A DNA stretch of 16,795 nucleotides, from positions 1 to 16,795 of the forward strand of contig NW_021825005.1 in the NCBI RefSeq assembly GCF_006345805.1, given 5' to 3'. A model generated the notes under the pieces. The model had not been told where the DNA came from. It did no database searches and saw only the letters and a list, made by a program, of their open reading frames with translations. Position 1 is the stretch's first letter. The number at the start of each line of letters is the position of its first letter. Made by a program: the position numbers and the translations under genes. Below are positions 10,215 through 16,795 of this stretch, piece after piece. The DNA comes from Octopus sinensis (taxonomy: Eukaryota).

Positions 10215-10605
10215 GGTCGCCCAACCCGTTTGAAATAACTGACAAATCGCCCTCAAATATCAGCTCATCTTAAATAATGGTTTAAAAGTTTGATACGCCA
10301 GCAGCATTTGAGGAAGGGTGAAGTAGATTACATCGACCCTAACACCTGCCTGGTCTTTATTTTATCTCCCCCTTAAGGAGGAAAGTCAAATCGTCCTCAG
10401 CGGAATTTGAATTTACAACAGAAAGACGAATGAAATGCCGCTAAGCATTTTATCCGGCATTTTAACGGTTCTGCCAGCTAGCTGCCTTCTTATATCATCT
10501 TTAATAATGAATGGAAACAGTAGCTTTTGTAGTGTCCGTCCTTAAATGACATGATGGTCACTTTTCAAATAGCTCATTTGGTTGATCAAGATAAGAAATA
10601 ACAAC
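10215..10605. repeat. Old interspersed repeat (family D), interrupted by a family A SINE
   Basis: GGTCGCCCAACCCGTTTGAAATAACTGACAAAT aligns in reverse complement with ATTTGGCTGATATTTCTAGCACGTCAAGCGACC near 16139-16171 (about 23/33 by eye). GATGGTCA (10553) is mirrored by TGACCATC (16039). Confidence 0.4.
10280..10494 (-). mobile_element. SINE family A monomer with a 15-bp target-site duplication
   Basis: Reverse-complement head TTCTGCCAGCTAGCTGCCTT, plus GCGGAATTTGAA and GATTACATCGACCC. It is flanked by TCATCTTAAATAATG (10265-10279) and TCATCTTTAATAATG (10495-10509), which differ by one mismatch. Confidence 0.85.
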
Positions 10606-11123
10606 TTCCATATTGTGAAATCTTATATTTATGATGAACCGAAGACACAAAAGGGCTGAATGAATGTGTATGTGTACTGGGTTACTTAGTTGCGATAATC
10701 TTATCTGACATCTAGATAAAATAAACAAATGACCTGGTGATTATATAATACTTAAGACCTTGTCACAACAATACAGATTCGCTGTGAAGCTAGCATACCT
10801 TCCGTACGGTTGGTATGTTGGGAATATAGATCTCACAATCAGTTTAATTTATCACTATCATTGCCCAGAAACCGCTGAGTGAGAAAAAAAATGCACACTC
10901 CAGAGAGACCCTTAAGTTAATTTTTGCAATTAAAAAATAGTATTTACACTGTTTGAATTGTATATCGTTGTAATAAACATGATATATAAACAAGGACAAG
11001 TTTATAACATATAAACTTTAATTAATGGCAAAGTCTGTTTATACAAATTAGGAATTACAAAAGACGTTTTATTGTTATGGGTGTTTTTTATCGTTTGTTT
11101 TAAAAGCCTCTACAGAGATTGTG

Positions 11124-11524
11124 TTTACTCTTTTACTCCTTTACTTGTTTCAGTCATTTGACTGTGGCCATTCTGGAGCACCACTTTTAGTCGAGCAAAT
11201 CGACCAAGGACTTATTGATTTTAAGTCTAGTACTTATTCTATCGGTCTCTTTTTCAGAACCGCTAAGTTTCGGGGACGTAAACACACCAACATCGGTTGT
11301 CAAGCGATGTTGAGGAGACAAACATATACACACACGTACATATATATATATATATATATATGACAGGCTTCTTTCAGTTTCCGTCTACCAAATCCACTCA
11401 CAAGGCTTTGGTTGGCTCGAGGCTATAGTAGAAGACACTTGCCCAAGGTGCCACGCAGTGGGACTGAACCCGGAACCATATGGTTGGTAAGCAAGCTACT
11501 TACCTCACAACCATCCCTACGCCT
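11124..11524 (-). mobile_element. Full-length SINE family B (tRNA head, CORE-like motif, internal (TA)n/(TG)n, (AAAGAGTA)-type tail)
   Basis: The minus strand reads AGGCGTAGGGATGGTTGTGAGGTAAG (box A-like), GGGTTCAGTCCC (box B-like, 11460-11471) and CCTTGGGCAAGTG. An internal microsatellite lies at ~11322-11361, and the 3' end is GCTCCAGAATGGCCACAGTCAAATGACTGAAACAAGTAAAG. Confidence 0.92.
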
Positions 11525-12198
11525 ATTACTTACCACACAGTCACTCCCATGTTTTGTTTAATATTCTGCTCTTTAGAGTAAGAAATGACGATACCGATAA
11601 GTTACTGTTGAGTAACTCAACAACTGGCAATTGCTGCATAGCTATTGTTTGCTGCCACTTCTGTCTGAAGCGATGCTGTAACTAGGGCAAAAGTGTAACG
11701 AGAGACGTTGTATCATGTCAGAAAACCAGGTACATTTGTTATGGTTCGCAAGAGGAACTTCATCAAATGTATTATCCTCATGACAACAGAAACAATTTAT
11801 TTCGAACGTAGATATTGATATACATACATACCCATATACACATACGCAAGATGCAATACAGATTTGGACTTACGGATATTTTCATGTTTGTAAGCAAACT
11901 GTCCTGCCTGCCTTAAGTAGAAAAGTAGATGACGTACGCGTTCTAAACAGCTGGAAAGTATTCTTTCAAGGCTACGGCAAATAAAAACTAATCCCTTAAA
12001 TTATTAAAAGAGAGAGAATGAAACGATGCAACTTAGAAATGGCTGTAGGTAACATATCAGGGAGTTGCTAAGGGAACTACTCAAAACATCTCTCATAGGC
12101 AACAAGCCTCTGATTAGCTAATGTTTTGGCTTGGCTAAAATTACACACGATACTTCTGATACAAGAAAATATATTCTGTGTAAGGTACGTTACTCGTG

Positions 12199-12503
12199 TG
12201 GAGCACATGGTCTAGTGGTTAGAGCAGCGGACTCGTGGTCGAGAGATCGTGGGTTCGAATCTCAGACCGGGCAATGTGCAAGTTTATGAGCGAAACACCT
12301 AAGCTCCACGCAGCTCCGGCAGAAGGTAATGGCGAACTTCTGCTGACTCTTTCGCCACAACTTTCTCTCACTCTTTCCTCCTGAATCTTGCAGCTCACCT
12401 GCGACGGACCGGCGTCCCGTCCAGGTGGGGAACCTATACGCCAAGGAAACCGGGAAACCGGCCCTTATGAGCCAAGCATGCCTCGAGAAGGAACAAAAAC
12501 AAA
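12199..12503 (+). mobile_element. tRNA-derived SINE family E, full length with a 12-bp target-site duplication
   Basis: Box A TGGTCTAGTGG (12208-12218), box B GGTTCGAATC (12252-12261) and an A-rich AACAAAAACAAA tail. The TSD is ACGTTACTCGTG (12187-12198) / ACGTTACTTGTG (12504-12515). Confidence 0.92.
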
Positions 12504-13379
12504 ACGTTACTTGTGGAAAGTAGAAATATCAGTAAAGCATTGAGCTTGACTATACTCTGTAAATATGTGACTTTTTGGCAAAGTTAGATATCAGCATAGA
12601 AGCATCTAGCTTCTAAATGCATAGATGCACTGATATTTTTATATATGTTAGCAATAACTGTGTATTTGAATAAGTGTATATTCATGTGCACTGATGAGTG
12701 AAAGCAAAAGCGGGAAGTCGAAGCATTGATATTGTTTAAAACTTTACTCTTAAAGAAAACTGTCTTGAAGAAGAGCTGTTCCGGTACCAATAAAAAAAAA
12801 TCTTCGTGATTTATATAGAAATTACGAAAACGAATGATGCTTCGCCAAAATACACACTACTTTATGTACTCTATCTGTCAAACAGCCCTCACAAAAATGT
12901 CAAGGAATATTTCTACAATAACTAACACCAATCCATCGACTAGCAGCTAGCAACAGTATTTTCGGATTGCCATTTTACGCAGCAATATATTTAATACGTA
13001 GTATTATTCTGCAGCAATTTCTACCATCTCTCTAACATATTTGTTGTTAGAAATCCTTTTTCCTTTTTTAATATATGTTTTTTTTTTACTTTTATATATA
13101 TTCGTATAAGAAAATATTGAACTCGCATCTGGAAATATGTCCCATGAGACTTCAAGAAAAAAAAAAGCATTACTTGTTATCAAATCTCAGTCACCATGGA
13201 GACAGCTGTATTGAGCGATAGTTATAAAAGTGAGTGAGATAACACATATAAAATACGTACATACGAAGTTGTGGTTTTACTCCCTCCTACTGCCAATATA
13301 CGGAAGCTGGTTCGTCTTTCTTATTTATTGCAGTTGATACACTATTTTCTCTCTACCCTCTCCAATACGCATTCGTCAA

Positions 13380-13700
13380 TATACACATAGACATATATAC
13401 ACACAGAGAAACACACACACACACATATATATACGTACGTATATATAGTTATTCTTAACATGAGACGAGATATAACATGAGATATGTGTGTATGAGAACG
13501 TCTAAGTGCGCCTCTGTAATGATTTGCATGTGCACGTATTTATGTATTTTGCAATGGTACGATATGTATGCGTCGCGCACTACTGTATGCTTATGTATAT
13601 GTATGTGAGACAGTGTATGTATGTGTGTGTCTGTGTATGTGTGTGTTGTGTGTGCATGCGTATATGTGTATGAGTGTGCATGTATATCGATATCTATGTT
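13380..13700. repeat. Degenerate (CA)/(TA) and (TG)/(TATG) low-complexity tracts
   Basis: Visible at ~13380-13446 and ~13585-13700. Confidence 0.85.
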
Positions 13701-13978
13701 CGAAATCAATTTTTCTGTTTCTTTATTCTATCGTTGCCAGGAGGGAGATATATTTCCTAAACAATGTAGTTTCTCTTGCGAACCATCACTTATAAGTGGA
13801 AAGATATATATTTTGTGAAGCGGTGGAGGCGTGGATGGGGAAAGATGGGGGAACGGGTGATTCTTAAAATGAAAATATTGCATGCTTCCGGGAAGACTAG
13901 AAAGAAAATTGAGGAGCTGAGTGTCAACTTCTGGATTCTCATCTTAAAATAGGAAGATCATTGGAATATGAAGAAGAA

Positions 13979-14030
13979 ATATATATATATACATACATGC
14001 ACACATATAATATATATATATATATATATA

Positions 14031-14072
<42 letters not shown>

Positions 14073-14099
14073 CATATATATATACAATGTATGTATAAT

Positions 14100-14135
<36 letters not shown>

Positions 14136-14148
14136 TATGTATATATTA

Positions 14149-14212
<64 letters not shown>

Positions 14213-14232
14213 CATATACATATATATACATA
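13979..14232. repeat. (TA)n microsatellite
   Basis: Directly visible. Confidence 0.97.
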
Positions 14233-14547
14233 CAGACGAGAATACAATACACCAAGCAATTGAATCGATAAAAATCTAACATGTATTTTCTTTTTTTTTT
14301 GTTGTTGTTGTTGCTGTTTTTGCTTGTTTGGTATTCATCTATTTTTTTTTTCTTCTTTTTGACCTATCGATAATAAAATATTTCTGTTATTAAGGTAGCT
14401 TTTTATTTGCTACATTCATTGCAAAGAGAAAAAAAAAATTCGCTTCCTTAAGCCATAACAAGTTTGAAGTAGCAGATTAAGAAAATATCAATGTTAAGGT
14501 CCATGAAGTTCCGGGGCAATGAATAATACTCGCAAAATGAAGGGAAG

Positions 14548-14643
14548 ATATATATATATATATATATATGGATGTATATATATATATGTATATATATATA
14601 TATTATATATATATTATATATATATATATTATATATATATATG

Positions 14644-14688
<45 letters not shown>

Positions 14689-14720
14689 AGATATTAATAT
14701 ACATATACATATCTATATAT
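14548..14720. repeat. (TA)n microsatellite
   Basis: Directly visible. Confidence 0.97.
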
Positions 14721-14921
14721 TAGTAATTTATACTAAATCATGAAAATACGAAATTTCCATTGTCGCCATTATAGAGTTGTATAATATGATGAGTTTTGTC
14801 AATCACGAAATATCTCGGAGGTTCGATATTTTTGTTCATCTTGCAAAGGATATAAATTTTCAGTGGAAGAAAATAGTCAACGTCAACGCCAGCTTCAGAA
14901 ACTAGCTGGTTTTTATACTGG

Positions 14922-15197
14922 TTTCAGATTTTGCACAAAGCCTGCAATTTGCGTAGGCGTGGAGTAAGTCGGTTATATGGCTCAACTAGGACTTATTTCA
15001 TTGACACCGAAAGGAGGAAAGGCAAGGTCGGCCCCGACGGCGTTTGAGCTCAGAATGTAAAGACAGACGAAATGCTGCTAAGCAATTTGCCCGAAGTCCT
15101 AACGATTTGCCATTTTACCACTTTAAGTGTCCTTTATATCAATGACCCTGGATAGATGAAATATGCAGTCGACCGTGGTTGAATTTGAACTTACAAG
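14922..15197 (-). mobile_element. Old SINE family A monomer (14922-15123) plus a second fragment (~15135-15197)
   Basis: CCGAAAGGAGGAAAGGCAAGGTCGGCC, TTTGAGCTCAGAATGTAAAGACAGACGAAATGCTGCTAAGCA and later GTCGACCGTGGTTGAATTTGAACT are reverse complements of family A motifs. Confidence 0.8.
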
Positions 15198-15251
15198 CAT
15201 GATGATAGCTGTTCTATATTTAAGAGATGAGGAATTATGTACATTATTTAC

Positions 15252-15455
15252 ATAAGGGTAGAGGAACATCGCAAAGCTGTGGCACGGGAGATATTGATAA
15301 ATCGGGTATAGCTAACCATGTATGGAAAATGGAGACCACCTCCCCTTGGGAGTTAAAATAAACACAATACACAGAGAACACCCTGGAAAAATACGATAAG
15401 TAAAAGAATATGGGAACCGGTATTAAGGAAGAATAAGAAAATATTAGATTTATAA
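15252..15455 (+). pseudogene. Frameshifted C-terminus of a PLE GIY-YIG endonuclease domain
   Basis: Stitching across frameshifts gives IRVEEHRKAVAR / GDIDKSGIANHVWK / NGDHLPL / VKI / ...RE..WK..R..KE / IWEPVLRKNKKILDL* (last segment 15408-15455). This fits the PLE pattern R..EH......G...S.IA.H.....H......KI...E.....R..KE...W..L. Confidence 0.75.
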
Positions 15456-15470
15456 GCCATAATTGCCCAC

Positions 15471-15540
15471 GGGCATATGGCGTAGTGGTTAAGAGCGCGG
15501 GCTACTAGCACCAAGATTCCGAGTTCGATTCCAGGCAGTG
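15471..15540 (+). promoter_or_regulatory. tRNA-derived segment (type 2 Pol III promoter) inside the PLE 3' region
   Basis: Box A TGGCGTAGTGG (15478-15488) and box B GTTCGATTCC (15523-15532) at tRNA-like spacing. The acceptor and anticodon stems are imperfect, so this is not a functional tRNA. Confidence 0.75.
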
Positions 15541-15606
15541 AATAATAGTATAATAATAATAATACTAATAATAAAATAATAATAATAATATAACAACAAC
15601 AACAAC
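15541..15606. repeat. (AAT)n-(AAC)n tract internal to the PLE
   Basis: Directly visible. Confidence 0.95.
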
Positions 15607-15654
15607 ATCGAAAAATACCTTAGGAATGAGAACCAGGGTTCGAAATGTCCCCAA

Positions 15655-15700
15655 GACACCTGATGAAGGCTGGAGGATATATCAGCCGAAACGTTGTGTT
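15655..15700 (+). ncRNA. Minimal type I hammerhead ribozyme
   Basis: Stem I GACAC (15655-59)/GTGTT (15696-700). Core CTGATGA (15660-66) plus one extra A. Stem II GGCTG (15668-72)/CAGCC (15683-87), then GAAA (15688-91). Stem III is palindromic and loopless (AACGTT), with a GUU cleavage triplet at 15693-95. Confidence 0.88.
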
Positions 15701-15799
15701 AACAACAAACAAAATGAGGACAAATATCCGTCAAATGTAAATAATGTAAATAATGTATGATGATAGCTGTATATCATTAGTTGAATTTATATTCTAACT

Positions 15800-15965
15800 G
15801 CTTTGTTGTTGTGATAGTGGTGTTTGTGGTAATAGTGGAGGTGGAGTTGTTAGTGAAGACAGCAGTGGGGGGAGTGGGGGAGTCAAGGTTGATAGGGTGG
15901 TGGTGCTTGTGGTAATGGATTTGAAGGTGATAGTGGTGGTTGTGGTGATAGTAGTGACAGTGACG
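15800..15965. repeat. Degenerate (GGT)/(GTT)/(GAT) triplet low-complexity tract
   Basis: G/T-rich imperfect triplet repeats. Confidence 0.75.
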
Positions 15966-15974
15966 ATGCTAGTT

Positions 15975-16175
15975 ATTGCTGCAATAGCTCCATATCAGTC
16001 CTGATTATTTAAACATATAGAGAAAGGAGTTCCATTCCTGACCATCAAGCCTCATTACACATCGAGCTCTACAAAGTTTTCAGTACATCATGTGTTTACG
16101 TAAGACAGCAGCGTTTGATCAAACGAATATTTGGCTGATATTTCTAGCACGTCAAGCGACCACAAGGAGATTTTC
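15975..16175. repeat. Old interspersed repeat (family D), opposite orientation to the 10215 copy
   Basis: Patchy inverted similarity to 10215-10605 (see that feature). Confidence 0.4.
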
Positions 16176-16320
16176 ACGATGCTATAGTGCCGACCATCCC
16201 TTCTGATTATCTTCTTTTAGCCACTAGAATAATCTCCTGGCATTAATGGAAATTCTTCTGTAACTCCTAAGCTTTTATTATCTCCTTATTTATTATGCAT
16301 AATTCCAAAATTGAACAATA

Positions 16321-16548
16321 GTCAGACTGTGAAGTTAAGAAGTTCGCTTCGCAACCACGTGGTTTCGAGACCAGTACAAGTGCGCGGCACCTTTGCCAAA
16401 TATTTTCTCCTTTAGCCCCAGCCGCCCTGTGCATTGTGATTAAATTTGGTAGGCGAAAAATGTACGGAAGCAACTGTAAGCCAAATTTGCTCCAATAAAA
16501 AGAAAAGTATGCAATGACCATTATTTTTAATGCGTGTTTGTGCTTGTG

Positions 16549-16579
<31 letters not shown>

Positions 16580-16599
16580 TGTGTGTGTGTGTGTGTGTG
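16321..16599 (+). mobile_element. Degenerate 5' half of a family B SINE followed by (TG)n
   Basis: CTGTGAAGTTAAGAAGTTCGCTTCGCAACCACGTGGTTTCG...GCGCGGCACCTTTGCCAA...TTGTGATTAAATTTGGTAGGCGAAAA is colinear with the reverse complement of 11362-11524. (TG)n lies at 16532-16599. Confidence 0.72.
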
Positions 16600-16795
16600 A
16601 TGGACTCTCATTGAAGACGCCGAATGAGCATTCAGCTTTTTTGTCAGACGATCTGCGCAAATGATTTGTTTATAATGATAAACAGGTTGTGCAGTACATT
16701 ATCTCACTCTCTCCATCAAATCGACGTTGCCTGAACACGTGAACGGTGTACCACACGTCAGTTGTCGAAATGACGGCAGAGCAATGTGAGACGAA

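Larger units (their letters stand above)
15213..15756 (+). mobile_element. 5'-truncated Penelope-like retroelement (PLE) with an inverted 5' terminal fragment and a 14-bp TSD
   Basis: Perfect direct repeat ATGATGATAGCTGT at 15199-15212 and 15757-15770. TACATTATTTACAT (15240-15253) is the reverse complement of ATGTAAATAATGTA (15735-15748 and 15744-15757). A GIY-YIG remnant and a hammerhead lie inside. Confidence 0.88.

Noticed and set aside
11601-11622. Overlapping inverted repeats TGTTGAGT-A-ACTCAACA and GTTACT/AGTAAC
   Set aside because: Arms of 8 bp or less are plausible by chance in 17 kb of AT-rich DNA, and there is no associated element.
12691-12725. CTGATGAG as a second hammerhead core
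   Set aside because: No stem II closing onto a GAAA and no stem I/III pairing.
15471-15540. Functional tRNA gene
   Set aside because: Box A and box B are present but the acceptor and anticodon stems do not pair properly and there is no oligo-T terminator. The SINE heads at 8461 and 12199 are likewise not tRNA genes.
16700-16795. Possible start of another minus-strand family C-like SINE (GAGCAATGTGAGACGAA)
   Set aside because: Truncated by the window edge and too short to call.

Overview
AT-rich, repeat-saturated non-coding eukaryotic DNA (intergenic or deep intronic). The repeat repertoire resembles, from recall and not from a database search, that of octopus/coleoid cephalopod genomes. I find no intact protein-coding gene, and most listed ORFs are translations of microsatellites or SINEs. 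The window holds long compound microsatellites and at least four tRNA-derived SINE families (labelled A, B, C and E here), which occur as tandem arrays and nested insertions. A fifth old repeat (D) is weakly supported. Two retroelement relics are missed by the ORF track. (1) At 15213-15756 is a Penelope-like element flanked by a perfect 14-bp target-site duplication. It has an inverted 5' terminal fragment, a decayed GIY-YIG C-terminus, an internal tRNA-like Pol III promoter and a minimal type I hammerhead ribozyme. (2) At 9595-10021 is the 3' end of an R4/Dong-type restriction-like-endonuclease LINE, sitting inside a (CATA)n tract.
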